The translations under genes were made by a program, and so were the position numbers. 57,483 nucleotides of DNA. It comes from an uncultured Pseudomonadales bacterium (GTDB taxonomy: Bacteria > Patescibacteriota > Microgenomatia > UBA1400 > MFAQ01). Under the pieces are notes generated by a model that did not search any database, had not been told where the DNA came from, and saw only the letters and a list, made by a program, of their open reading frames with translations. Within the stretch, counting starts at the first letter, position 1. The number at the start of each line of letters is the position of its first letter. Location: assembly GCA_964513845.1 (NCBI GenBank), contig CAZENT010000006.1, positions 1 to 57,483 of the forward strand, written 5' to 3'. Below, piece by piece: positions 1 through 8,617 of this stretch.

Positions 1-50
1 ATTCATCCCCGGGTTCGTGGTTCCTCACCCGGGGTTTCCTGTTAGGTACA

Positions 51-81
51 AAAAAACCCCCTGCCATTTCTGACAGGGGGT
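51..81 (-). terminator. Rho-independent terminator of the 93-800 gene
   Basis: ACCCCCTG...CAGGGGGT stem with an A-tract on the + strand (U-tract on -), just past the stop at 93. Confidence 0.65.
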
Positions 82-92
82 CATTGTGCAGG

Positions 93-800
93 CTAGGCCT
101 GCGGTTTAATTGTTTTTTTTGCGGTAGGCTGTCGCACTTCCACCTTTTTTGAATCAACCCGGACAATGTTCACTCCAATCGCCTTCGATTCTCTTGGCGT
201 AACATCGGTTCCGGGAATTTTGACGTTGGAGCGGCGCTCAATGTATGCCTGATGGCATTCGCGGCAGTAACGCCACTGAAAATCTTCCGGAAGCGGAGCG
301 CCACAATTGCGGCACCACGTCCCTTTAAAAAGGAAGTTATTGATCTCAAAGATCATATCTTCGAGCTCTTTTTCCAGATCTTCAGCCTTCTCCTGGCTGG
401 TGATGAATTCATCGATCCGAAAATCGATTTCATTCATCCAATCACCAAAAACGGTCGCAAACAAGGCCCTTCCTTGATGACCATCGCGGGACTCATCCCG
501 GATAAATGTGACCGAAGCATCCACGGCTTCCTGCCACAGTTTCAGAATTTTTGACCCGGTAAGCACATCCTGCCGACGAGCACAGTACTTCGCATCCCGC
601 AAAGCAGCCAATAAATATTGACTGTTCTGAAAGCGCATGCCTTTTTGCATCCGCTCCCAGAGATCATCCTTCAAGCGATCATGATCAGCGATCGAGTTGA
701 TTGCTTCCACGATACAGTTCGAAATGAATTCAAGGGGTGAATAAATATGCTGCACAGGGGCAGCCGTACGGACAACAGCAGAGGTATTGATCTGAGCCAT
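93..800 (-). CDS. Hypothetical protein with C-terminal zinc ribbon (CxxC...CxxC)
   Basis: ORF track gives 93-947; start moved to ATG 800 (or 803) behind SD AGGAG; motif WCRNCGAPLPEDFQWRYCRECH. Confidence 0.7.
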   Translation of the reverse strand: MAQINTSAVVRTAAPVQHIYSPLEFISNCIVEAINSIADHDRLKDDLWERMQKGMRFQNSQYLLAALRDAKYCARRQDVLTGSKILKLWQEAVDASVTFIRDESRDGHQGRALFATVFGDWMNEIDFRIDEFITSQEKAEDLEKELEDMIFEINNFLFKGTWCRNCGAPLPEDFQWRYCRECHQAYIERRSNVKIPGTDVTPRESKAIGVNIVRVDSKKVEVRQPTAKKTIKPQA

Positions 801-1025
801 CATATCTCCTCGCCTCCTTTTGGGAGGCAGAAAACAATAAGTAAAGGGACTTTTCAGCCAAACTCTCAGTTTGGCCATAGCGAACATCAGTTCACGATAC
901 CCGATAATATACACCGTCCACTCACGTTTGTCAAATATATAGGGCAAAATCCCCTTTCCCTCTTTCTCCCCAATTCGAACTCTAAAACCAACACAATCCC
1001 TCCTGTTCGTGTTAAAATATCCCGT

Positions 1026-1211
1026 ATGCTTCGTCCACTTGAATATATACGCTCAGTCAGACTAGAATTAAAGCAGGTAAAATGGCCGTCACATCAGACA
1101 GCCTTAAAGATGACTATCTTAGTCATTATTACCAGTCTAGCCGTTGCGTTTTACTCAGGAGGCCTAGACTACCTATTTACGACCATGCTTCAACAAGCAC
1201 TAAATCGCTAA
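1026..1211 (+). CDS. secE: Preprotein translocase subunit SecE
   Basis: ELKQVKWPS motif plus one TM helix; directly upstream of nusG; TGnTAAAAT 7 nt before ATG 1026. Confidence 0.95.
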   Translation: MLRPLEYIRSVRLELKQVKWPSHQTALKMTILVIITSLAVAFYSGGLDYLFTTMLQQALNR

Positions 1212-1215
1212 TAAA

Positions 1216-1833
1216 ATGAAACTAAAAGAAGACAAGACCAAACAAATTGATGAACTTGTACCCAAAGTACAGGATCCTAATCACGTCGTCATCACCGACA
1301 ACGCCCCCGCTTCAGCCAAGTGGTACGTCGTTCACACTCAGTCTGGCCACGAAAACCGTGTTCTCGTTACCTTAAAAACCAGAGTCATCTCCATGGGCCT
1401 CGAAAACTACGTCTACGAAATCCTCATCCCTACCCAAGAAAAAATCAAAATCAACAAAGGCAAGAAAACCACCATCAAGGAAAAGCTTTTCCCTGGTTAC
1501 ATGCTTGTCCGCATGATCGTTTCCGACGACTCCTGGCTCGCAGTTCGCACCACTCAGGGCGTCACTGGCTTCGTTGGCACTGCCGACCAGCCCACCCCTC
1601 TCCCTGAAAACGAAGTTAAGGCCATCACCGCTTTCGGTGAGCAGGCTGCTCCCAAATTCCAGGCCGCTTTCACCATGGGTGAGGCCGTCAGAATCATCGA
1701 AGGACCATTTACCGATCTATTGGGAACTGTTTCCGCTATAGACGATGCCAAGGGCAAAGTCACCGTCTTGGTTAGTATCTTTGGTCGCGAAACACCGGTC
1801 GAGCTCGACTTCCTCCAGATTTCCAAGATATAA
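1216..1833 (+). CDS. nusG: Transcription termination/antitermination factor NusG
   Basis: KWYVVHTQSGHE, LFPGYMLV, KOW motif and C-terminal SIFGRETPVELDF. Confidence 0.98.
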   Translation: MKLKEDKTKQIDELVPKVQDPNHVVITDNAPASAKWYVVHTQSGHENRVLVTLKTRVISMGLENYVYEILIPTQEKIKINKGKKTTIKEKLFPGYMLVRMIVSDDSWLAVRTTQGVTGFVGTADQPTPLPENEVKAITAFGEQAAPKFQAAFTMGEAVRIIEGPFTDLLGTVSAIDDAKGKVTVLVSIFGRETPVELDFLQISKI

Positions 1834-1886
1834 CTCCCTTTTAAGCCACGAAAAAGGAGGGTGATTAGCCCTCCTTGTTTTTATGT

Positions 1887-2348
1887 TTACTTCAAATACA
1901 CCACCCCTTGCGGGACGTGAATGACAATAGAGTCATATGGGTAATGCGAAATTCCAAAGAACCACTTCCACTCTTGCCCTTTTGGAAAATCGTGCTCTAC
2001 CTTTATGTACTCCACATATGGAGTAACTCCCGTCTCAAACTTTATCTCAGCATCTGCTGAGCTGACAATCGTATCAACATTGTTGATTCGATAAGTAAAC
2101 TTGTGTTTACTTTCGTCACTCAAAAGATAAAACGAACCATCATCACCAGAATAAAAAACCATTTCCTCAATCGGCTGGCTAGCAATCACAGTCGTTTTTG
2201 TCGGAAAGCTGGCTCCAATTACTACAGCCAAAACAACTCCAAGAATCAAGCCAAGAATCAAGCCGATAAAAAACCCATCGACCTTATCCTTCACAATCGC
2301 CTTCGCCAAAAAAATCATCCCCACCCAAACCAAAACAATCGTTATCAT
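1887..2348 (-). CDS. Hypothetical membrane protein, paralog of 2361-2840
   Basis: Two N-terminal TM segments; shares SFPTKT, PKGQxWKxxFG and IVIHxPQG with its neighbour; SD AGGAG. Confidence 0.75.
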   Translation of the reverse strand: MITIVLVWVGMIFLAKAIVKDKVDGFFIGLILGLILGVVLAVVIGASFPTKTTVIASQPIEEMVFYSGDDGSFYLLSDESKHKFTYRINNVDTIVSSADAEIKFETGVTPYVEYIKVEHDFPKGQEWKWFFGISHYPYDSIVIHVPQGVVYLK

Positions 2349-2360
2349 ATTTTCTCCTCC

Positions 2361-2840
2361 TTAGTTCGATTTCTTGTTTGATTGGATTAAATACATTGAT
2401 CCCTGCGGAAGATGTATCACAATATCTTCACGAGGAAGATTTGTGGTTCCAAACCAACGCTTCCACCCTTGCCCTTTTGGCAGAGCCAGTTCGGTACGCG
2501 AATACTCAATGAAGGGCACACCGGACTCATAGACGGGATCTGCTTCATTAAAGTTTAACGTTCGAATCTCGCCTTTCACCATATATGAATACAGATTTTT
2601 ACCCTCATCTTTTTGTAGATAAAAGGCGTATCCTTCTGCTGAAACTACAGGCAGCTGCTCGATTGGCTCACTTACAATATTGATCGTCTTGGTCGGAAAA
2701 CTATTTCCAATCAAAGCGGCCACAACCAACCCCAATAGCAGTCCTGCGAAAAATCCCGGTAAACCGGCCGATGCATCATCGAAAACCAAAATAAACAAGA
2801 CGCAAAAAGTTATCGCGAGCAAAAACACTGTAACCATCAA
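2361..2840 (-). CDS. Hypothetical membrane protein, paralog of 1887-2348
   Basis: Same motifs as its neighbour; SD AGGAGG; upstream promoter. Confidence 0.75.
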   Translation of the reverse strand: MMVTVFLLAITFCVLFILVFDDASAGLPGFFAGLLLGLVVAALIGNSFPTKTINIVSEPIEQLPVVSAEGYAFYLQKDEGKNLYSYMVKGEIRTLNFNEADPVYESGVPFIEYSRTELALPKGQGWKRWFGTTNLPREDIVIHLPQGSMYLIQSNKKSN

Positions 2841-2877
2841 ATCCTCCTAAGTATTTTTAAGGTTCAATATGCCCTAT

Positions 2878-2906
2878 ATTATACTCCTTACTTGACTAGA
2901 TCTCAA
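2878..2906 (-). promoter_or_regulatory. Sigma70-type promoter for the paralog pair
   Basis: TTGAGA-17-TATAAT on the minus strand. Confidence 0.6.
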
Positions 2907-2935
2907 TTTTCTGCCATATTTATCTTAGTTCTGCC

Positions 2936-3280
2936 ATGAAAAACTTAAACAGTGAAGAAACTCTTTGGGTAATCCTCCCCATACTCCTTGTGGTAGGTCT
3001 TCTTATTGCCAGTATCATTATTCTCCCCCAAACCCAAACAGAGGTTCGCAGTAAGGCTTCCGAGCCCACCACCACCCCCACCAAAGTCGTTTTGCCAACC
3101 CCTTCCGTTTCAGAACGTCCTGAAATCATCTGTACCACCCTTTACTCTCCCGTTTGTAGTCAAGCAGGTGTTACCTATTCCAGTGAGTGTGAAGCCAACA
3201 AGGCCGGTGTCACTTCTTTCACCCAAGGTGCCTGCTCTGCGGTTCAAACCAAACCCCAACCCCTCCCCCTCGCCAACTAA
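2936..3280 (+). CDS. Membrane-anchored Kazal-type domain protein
   Basis: N-terminal TM, P/T linker, CTTLYSPVC...TYSSECEA...C Kazal pattern. Confidence 0.8.
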   Translation: MKNLNSEETLWVILPILLVVGLLIASIIILPQTQTEVRSKASEPTTTPTKVVLPTPSVSERPEIICTTLYSPVCSQAGVTYSSECEANKAGVTSFTQGACSAVQTKPQPLPLAN

Positions 3281-3286
3281 CCGAAG

Positions 3287-3625
3287 ATGCGAGTTCAGTA
3301 CTTCATTTCTTCAACAAATGAAAATCCAGTCAGAAATTTTCTTGAATCGCTCGATAAAAAGCAAAAGGCAAAAATATTTCGAATTCTTCAGAACATCGAA
3401 ACATATGGATTAAATTCCGTAATTCCACACATAAAAAAACTATCTGAAACGCCTTTTTGGGAAATCAGAATTCTCGGTAATGACAATCTAAGAATCGTCT
3501 AAATTGTGCCTACAAAAACATCGATACTGTTACTTCATGGTTTTAATAAAAAAACTCAAAAAACTCCATCAAGAGAAATTAGAACCGCATTTCAAAGGTA
3601 CAATCTCTTTTTGCTTGAAAAGTGA
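3287..3625 (+). pseudogene. RelE/HigB (Gp49-like) type II toxin with one in-frame TAA at 3500-3502
   Basis: LWEIR-like FWEIRILGNDNLRIV, then after the stop the same frame continues IVPTKTSILLLHGFNKKTQKTPSREIRTA to TGA 3625 (LLHGFxKKTQKTP hallmark). Confidence 0.8.
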
Positions 3626-3648
3626 TATCATATATAGTATCATTACTT

Positions 3649-3960
3649 ATGAACAAAAATAGAATATATACCTTTCAAGATCATCTAAAAGAAAGCCTCA
3701 AAGACCCCGAGTTTCGCAAAGAATGGGAGGCCACCGAACCAGAGCATAATCTTGCCAGCCAAATCATCGAGGCTAGGCTCAAACAAAATCTTTCTCAGAG
3801 AGATCTCGCCAAACGCATCAACACCTCTCAAGCCATCATCTCTCGCATTGAGTCCGGCTCAGCCAACACATCTATTTCTCTTATGAAACGCTTTGCCAAG
3901 GCTCTAGACATCGAACTCACCATTCACATTCCCAAAAACTCCCTCCCCGTCGCTAACTAA
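3649..3960 (+). CDS. XRE-family HTH antitoxin (HigA-like)
   Basis: ARLKQNLSQRDLAKRINTSQAIISRIESG HTH; follows the toxin; ATG 3649 (alternative GTG 3622). Confidence 0.85.
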   Translation: MNKNRIYTFQDHLKESLKDPEFRKEWEATEPEHNLASQIIEARLKQNLSQRDLAKRINTSQAIISRIESGSANTSISLMKRFAKALDIELTIHIPKNSLPVAN

Positions 3961-3981
3961 CCCACACCTCTTGATTTTTAG

Positions 3982-4003
3982 ATCCCCGCCCTGCGGGGGA
4001 TTT
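3982..4003. terminator. Hairpin between convergent TA modules
   Basis: ATCCCCGC-CCT-GCGGGGGAT followed by a T-run. Confidence 0.55.
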
Positions 4004-4261
4004 TTAATACACCTCTTCGTGGTTACCAATTCGAAGCAAATATATCAACTGCCCATCTATATACAAAATAATTCTGAGTTTCATATCTACTGAAATAGAA
4101 TACTTATTTCCACCAGACAATTTATGTAATCTCAGCGACGGATGTTTGATATCGACCATCAATAACTTCAAACACTTTTTAAGTTTTTCTTCATTGTCTG
4201 GTTTACCCCTGACCAGCTTCTTTAAATCAGCCTCAAATCTCTTCCCAAATATCAATTTCAC
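4004..4261 (-). CDS. RelE/ParE/YafQ-superfamily toxin
   Basis: FEADLKKL...HPSLRLHKLSG...YSISVDMKLRII...LLRIGNHEEVY. Confidence 0.85.
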   Translation of the reverse strand: MKLIFGKRFEADLKKLVRGKPDNEEKLKKCLKLLMVDIKHPSLRLHKLSGGNKYSISVDMKLRIILYIDGQLIYLLRIGNHEEVY

Positions 4262-4262
4262 A

Positions 4263-4499
4263 TTATTTTAGATTTTTAAAATAATTATCAATATCTGTTT
4301 CGTTTGACATCACTGCTAGCTTCTGTTTTGCATGGTCTGCTTTTGCCTCTTCTATTAAATAGTCGTATTTCGATTCCACCAATTTTCGAATGGCCGTGCG
4401 TGTCAAATCACTAAAAGATACAAAGTAACCACCTTCAATTAGTTTTTCCGCCTCCGACTTCAATTGGGTTGGTAAAGAAATATTTATTGTATTAATCAT
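4263..4499 (-). CDS. Ribbon-helix-helix antitoxin (ParD/CopG-like)
   Basis: INISLPTQL...GGYFVSFSDLTRTAIRKL; immediately upstream of the toxin. Confidence 0.8.
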   Translation of the reverse strand: MINTINISLPTQLKSEAEKLIEGGYFVSFSDLTRTAIRKLVESKYDYLIEEAKADHAKQKLAVMSNETDIDNYFKNLK

Positions 4500-4663
4500 G
4501 TATGAATATTACCATTAATCATACAAACGTGCAATTATGAACAACCCAATCCACCAAATCACATTATTTATACGACACTAAGCACGCCTGAATTACTTAG
4601 TGGGTTTCAATTGAACAAAAAATCTCCTTTCTATGCTAAAATATCCCTACCTCGCCAAGTGTG

Positions 4664-4691
4664 AGGGAGCTTACCAATAGTAAAGCGACCT
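4664..4691 (+). promoter_or_regulatory. Possible L1-binding autoregulatory hairpin in the rplK leader
   Basis: AGG-GA-GCTTAC-CAATA-GTAAAGC-GA-CCT stem with opposed GA steps, between an extended -10 (TGCTAAAAT 4634-4642) and rplK. Confidence 0.4.
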
Positions 4692-4771
4692 GTATCATTC
4701 TGCTAACTAATACATCAAATACAGTCAACTTTCTCTTTTTGTGTAGCTAATTAATAACCATATATAAAAAC

Positions 4772-5197
4772 ATGGCAAAAAAAGTCAAAGCCATCCTGAA
4801 GCTCAACCTTCCGGCTGGCGCAGCGAACCCTGCTCCTCCAGTAGGTCCTGCTCTTGGTCAACATGGTGTCAACATCATGGAATTCATTACTCAGTACAAT
4901 GCTAAGACCGCCGAGATGCGTGGTCAGATCATTCCTGCTTTAGTCACTATTTTTGAAGACAGATCTTTCAAGTTTGAGCTCAAAACCCCTCCAGTTACCG
5001 CTCTCGTCAAACAAGCTCTTAACCTCAAACTAGGTTCCGGTACCCCCAACAAAGTCAAAGTTGGTGAAATTACCATGGACCAAATTAAAACCATTGCCGA
5101 GAAAAAACTTGCCGACATGAATACCAACGACCTTACCGCCGCAATCCAGATGGTCAAAGGTACCTGTAAATCAATGGGAATTACTATTAAAGAATAA
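4772..5197 (+). CDS. rplK: 50S ribosomal protein L11
   Basis: [24 protein letters not shown] signature. Confidence 0.99.
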   Translation: MAKKVKAILKLNLPAGAANPAPPVGPALGQHGVNIMEFITQYNAKTAEMRGQIIPALVTIFEDRSFKFELKTPPVTALVKQALNLKLGSGTPNKVKVGEITMDQIKTIAEKKLADMNTNDLTAAIQMVKGTCKSMGITIKE

Positions 5198-5199
5198 CT

Positions 5200-6066
5200 A
5201 TGGCTAAAAAAACAATCTGGGACTCCCTATACAACGACCTGCCTACTCACGTAGCAGTCGCCCTTCGCGCAGCCCGTATCAAACCTGAACAAATCATCGC
5301 CAAAGAAGACGGTGAGCTCATGGCCATTGAAGGCATCAAAGAAGAAGACGTCAACTCCATAAGAGCCATCTACAACGCCGACTCCGTCGCCACCCCCTCC
5401 GAAATCATCGAAGAAGAAGCTAAAGAGGTTGCTGAAGAAGCTAAGAAAATTGCCAAAAAAATTGTGGCTCGCAAACGCTCCAACAAATACAAGGCCATGG
5501 CCAAACAGGTCAAAAAAGATGATCTTTACTCTGTCAAAGAAGCTATCGCTATGCTTTCCAAACTAGCCAAAACCACCAAACTCAAAACCTGCGAACTTCA
5601 CCTAAATACTCGTGAAACAGGCCTCAGAGGCGAGCTCAAACTCCCTCACTCCACAGGTAAAGATGTCAAGATTGCTATCTTTAGTGATGATGTCGCCGCC
5701 AAGATCACAGCTGGCCAAATCGACTTCGACATGCTTCTCTGCACCCCCGCAGACATGCCCAAAGTCGCTCGTTTTGCCAAAGTCTTAGGCCCCAAAGGTT
5801 TGATGCCAAATCCCAAGTCCGGCACCGTTACCGAGCATCCTGAAGACAGAGCCAAACAGCTCGCCTCAGGTGGCACTCTTCCTTACAAGACAGAAGCCAA
5901 GTTCCCCATCATCCATCTCAATCTTGGTTCTATCGCACAGAAAGACGAAGACCTGGTTGACAACATCAACGAAGCTATCAAAAGCATCAACGTTACCAAG
6001 ATCAAGTCAGCTTATATCTCCTGCACCCACACTCCCTCAGTTAAGCTTGCCATAAGCAACATCTAA
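5200..6066 (+). CDS. rplA: 50S ribosomal protein L1 with ~90-aa N-terminal extension
   Basis: LPHSTGK and LGPKGLMPNPKSGTV signatures; canonical L1 start (KRSNKYKA) appears only near residue 91. Confidence 0.95.
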   Translation: MAKKTIWDSLYNDLPTHVAVALRAARIKPEQIIAKEDGELMAIEGIKEEDVNSIRAIYNADSVATPSEIIEEEAKEVAEEAKKIAKKIVARKRSNKYKAMAKQVKKDDLYSVKEAIAMLSKLAKTTKLKTCELHLNTRETGLRGELKLPHSTGKDVKIAIFSDDVAAKITAGQIDFDMLLCTPADMPKVARFAKVLGPKGLMPNPKSGTVTEHPEDRAKQLASGGTLPYKTEAKFPIIHLNLGSIAQKDEDLVDNINEAIKSINVTKIKSAYISCTHTPSVKLAISNI

Positions 6067-6070
6067 TCTC

Positions 6071-6096
6071 GTCATCCCCGACCCAATCGGGGATCC
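6071..6096. repeat. GTCAT-type REP-like palindrome (related copies 13548-13582, 14018-14043, 17084-17109, 18018-18097)
   Basis: GTCATCCCCGACCCAATCGGGGATCC; similar hairpins follow the rplJ, rplL and HTH gene stops. Confidence 0.7.
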
Positions 6097-6111
6097 ACAA
6101 AGATTCCACAT

Positions 6112-6135
6112 ACCCCGCCTTACAGGCGGGGTTTT
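6112..6135 (+). terminator. rplKA terminator
   Basis: ACCCCGCCT-TACA-GGCGGGGT plus T-tract. Confidence 0.75.
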
Positions 6136-6227
6136 GGTATCAACCCCATAATTTGATTTCGGCACGCCTATGAGATAAAATACGGCCAGTACTTTGACAA
6201 ATTCAAAATAAAAAAAGGAGGGATATC

Positions 6228-7697
6228 ATGTCCCAAAACAAACTTCGTTTTTGGAGCATGGTACTTTTCCTGCTCCTTTGTTGTCTTTTTTCATTCACTT
6301 CAACGGTTTTAGCTGATGACGGCACTAACCCCACACAATGTCAGTTTCAGCCTTCCCCTAGTGATCGCAGTTCCACCATGGACTCCATTTTTTTGATTGG
6401 AGCAGGTGGCGAAAATCTAACTTGGGACAATAGCTATCTTGGCCTGCATCGCTGGACGTTCCAACAATGGCCAGGTGTCGACTATACTGTTCCAACCACG
6501 ATTGCGTTCACCTCAGGTGGTACGATTTCTTGGCTTGGAATCGATGGTGCGGGTGGAGGCTACTCCATCATCATCGACGGAGCAAATGAGTGCCAAGGCT
6601 GGCGACAGTTCATTGGCCATCTCGCTTATGATCCCAGTTCTCGCTATGTCATTGGCCAAGAAATTGGACCCAGTGAAATAGTCGGTGAGCCTGGTTGTTC
6701 CGGCTTTGAAGCATACTGCACTCCCAACGGAGGCTCGATTCCTCCACACAATCACACCACCCTAGGTTACCAAAGTAATGTTTTTAGTTTTTCCGATGGT
6801 ACCCAAGCCGTAGGTGTTCGTGGATACTGGTGGATTCATCCGGCCAGAGTCGAAGGGACAGCCGTCAGTTCTCCTGGCACAGAGAAGCAAATTAGCTTCG
6901 ATGCATCCCTGGAGTACTCGGCAGAGTTCACAATTCCCGAAGTCAGTCAAAGCATAAATCCTGATTTTCTGGATAATCTCTTGATTGGCCTCACCCCTTA
7001 CAAAACTCACCTCAAAGTCGCGGCTTCCTTGTTGGGGCTTGCCTTCATTGGCTTGTTCTTCATCTCCAAAGACTTTCGAGGGCTGACCATCGCCGGACTT
7101 GTAATCGCGGTGATCTTGGCTGGAGGTATTTTCTATCTCCGCCAATCTATCGCCAAGTCCCCCGTGTTTTCTCCTCCTCGTGAGGCTATTTTTGTGGCTG
7201 AGGTTCCGGAAAAAACCGTCACTTTTGACATCAGTGAAACCACTTCACTTTCCTCCTCGGCCAACACCGTAGACGCAGACTGTCAGCTTCCAGTTTCGTA
7301 CCCCGATACAGTTTTGCGTTACTGTGATTTGATTGAGAAGTATGCCGCCGAGCAAGGTGTTGATCCTCAATTAATTGCGGCCGTTATGGTTCAGGAGTCC
7401 CATGGTAACCCCGATGCTTACAGCAGCGCGGGTGCCGTTGGTCTTCTGCAAGTAATGCCGCACGATGGTCTTGCTGCCAATTTTATGTGCGCCAATGGCC
7501 CCTGCTTCGCCAATCGCCCCTCTATGGACGAGCTTTACGAAGAGGAGTTTAACGTCAGCTACGGTACTCGTATGCTGGCTGGTTTGATCAACAAGTACGA
7601 CGGCTCGGAACGTGAAGCTTTGTTTCACTATGGTCCGGCCGGGGTTGGCTATTACTATGCCGACATCGTATTGGCCATCAAGGCCAAGAATCAATAA
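6228..7697 (+). CDS. Secreted/membrane protein: M23-like peptidase domain, two TMs, lytic transglycosylase (SLT) domain
   Basis: Signal peptide; H..GVD, GHL and PHNH (HxH) M23-like motifs; C-terminal LIAAVMVQESHGNPDAYSSAGAVGLLQVMP SLT motif; SD AAGGAGG. Confidence 0.75.
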   Translation: MSQNKLRFWSMVLFLLLCCLFSFTSTVLADDGTNPTQCQFQPSPSDRSSTMDSIFLIGAGGENLTWDNSYLGLHRWTFQQWPGVDYTVPTTIAFTSGGTISWLGIDGAGGGYSIIIDGANECQGWRQFIGHLAYDPSSRYVIGQEIGPSEIVGEPGCSGFEAYCTPNGGSIPPHNHTTLGYQSNVFSFSDGTQAVGVRGYWWIHPARVEGTAVSSPGTEKQISFDASLEYSAEFTIPEVSQSINPDFLDNLLIGLTPYKTHLKVAASLLGLAFIGLFFISKDFRGLTIAGLVIAVILAGGIFYLRQSIAKSPVFSPPREAIFVAEVPEKTVTFDISETTSLSSSANTVDADCQLPVSYPDTVLRYCDLIEKYAAEQGVDPQLIAAVMVQESHGNPDAYSSAGAVGLLQVMPHDGLAANFMCANGPCFANRPSMDELYEEEFNVSYGTRMLAGLINKYDGSEREALFHYGPAGVGYYYADIVLAIKAKNQ

Positions 7698-7706
7698 AAA
7701 GGAGTT

Positions 7707-8567
7707 ATGATGAGTAAAATTACCCCTCTACCTCCGGGTATTAGCCCGGAGCTGCAAGCGCAGTACGCCGAGGCCAATGAATTATTAGCCAAATGCAAAG
7801 CCATAAAACGTCGCATGAATACAAAAAAGCTTGTTAAGACTCTTTTAATTCTCTGTGCGTTTGCCGGCCTCTTTATTGGTGCCTATGTAATTTATGGTCA
7901 AAGAACGAGCATCATTGCCCAGGGCAAAGGCTATCTCCAGTCCATCCTCCCCACGCCCAAGCCCACGGCTACTCAGCCCGCCCCTCAAGCCGTCAATACA
8001 GATTGTCAAGATCTAAAGATGACTCTAGACGGCACCAAGCTCAACATCAGCGTTCCCAAGATTGGACAGTGCTACAAGATTGCCCCAGAGTTTCAGAGTG
8101 CCTGGTCGCAGACTTTTGCCAATGCTGACAATCGATCTGCCTTCGCCAAACAAATTGGCGGAGACCAGACCTTCGTAGAAACAGCCATCGCCAACAGTCT
8201 TTCTGCTTGGCAGCTAAATCTACGTGAACCTGAAGCTGCTGAAGTGCCTGTGCCAACGGCCGTTCCAACCGCAACCATGACTCCAGAACCAACCTCAGTT
8301 CCAGTCTACGATAAAAGGGAAATTCCCTTGAGTTTCCCCGATTTGATCAAGGTCATGCGTGAGCTGGGCATTGCGAAAGTGGTTGGCAACGACAACACTC
8401 GTTACAACCAAAACTCTTGGGCACTTTACTACACGGCTGAGGATTATCTAATTCTCAACACGTACAATCTGCCCAAAGAATGTGCTAGTGCTACCTCTCT
8501 CAAAGTCGCTCTTGAACCCGATGAGGGTTACATGAGCCTCGAAGATGGCTGGCTTTACTGCAAATAA
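7707..8567 (+). CDS. Hypothetical single-TM protein with P/T-rich linkers
   Basis: 286-aa ORF, SD AAGGAG, TM near residues 45-63. Confidence 0.75.
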   Translation: MMSKITPLPPGISPELQAQYAEANELLAKCKAIKRRMNTKKLVKTLLILCAFAGLFIGAYVIYGQRTSIIAQGKGYLQSILPTPKPTATQPAPQAVNTDCQDLKMTLDGTKLNISVPKIGQCYKIAPEFQSAWSQTFANADNRSAFAKQIGGDQTFVETAIANSLSAWQLNLREPEAAEVPVPTAVPTATMTPEPTSVPVYDKREIPLSFPDLIKVMRELGIAKVVGNDNTRYNQNSWALYYTAEDYLILNTYNLPKECASATSLKVALEPDEGYMSLEDGWLYCK

Positions 8568-8573
8568 CCAAAG

Positions 8574-8603
8574 AGGGCGGGACTCAAATCCCGCCCTATT
8601 TTC
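8574..8603 (+). terminator. Hairpin/weak terminator
   Basis: AGGGCGGGA-CTCAAA-TCCCGCCCT followed by ATTTT. Confidence 0.5.
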
Positions 8604-8617
8604 AATAAGGAGAGAAA

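Noticed and set aside
3500-3502. Stop-codon reassignment explaining the toxin interruption
   Set aside because: The codon is TAA, which terminates many genes here, and TGA also acts as a normal stop (e.g. 45949-45951)
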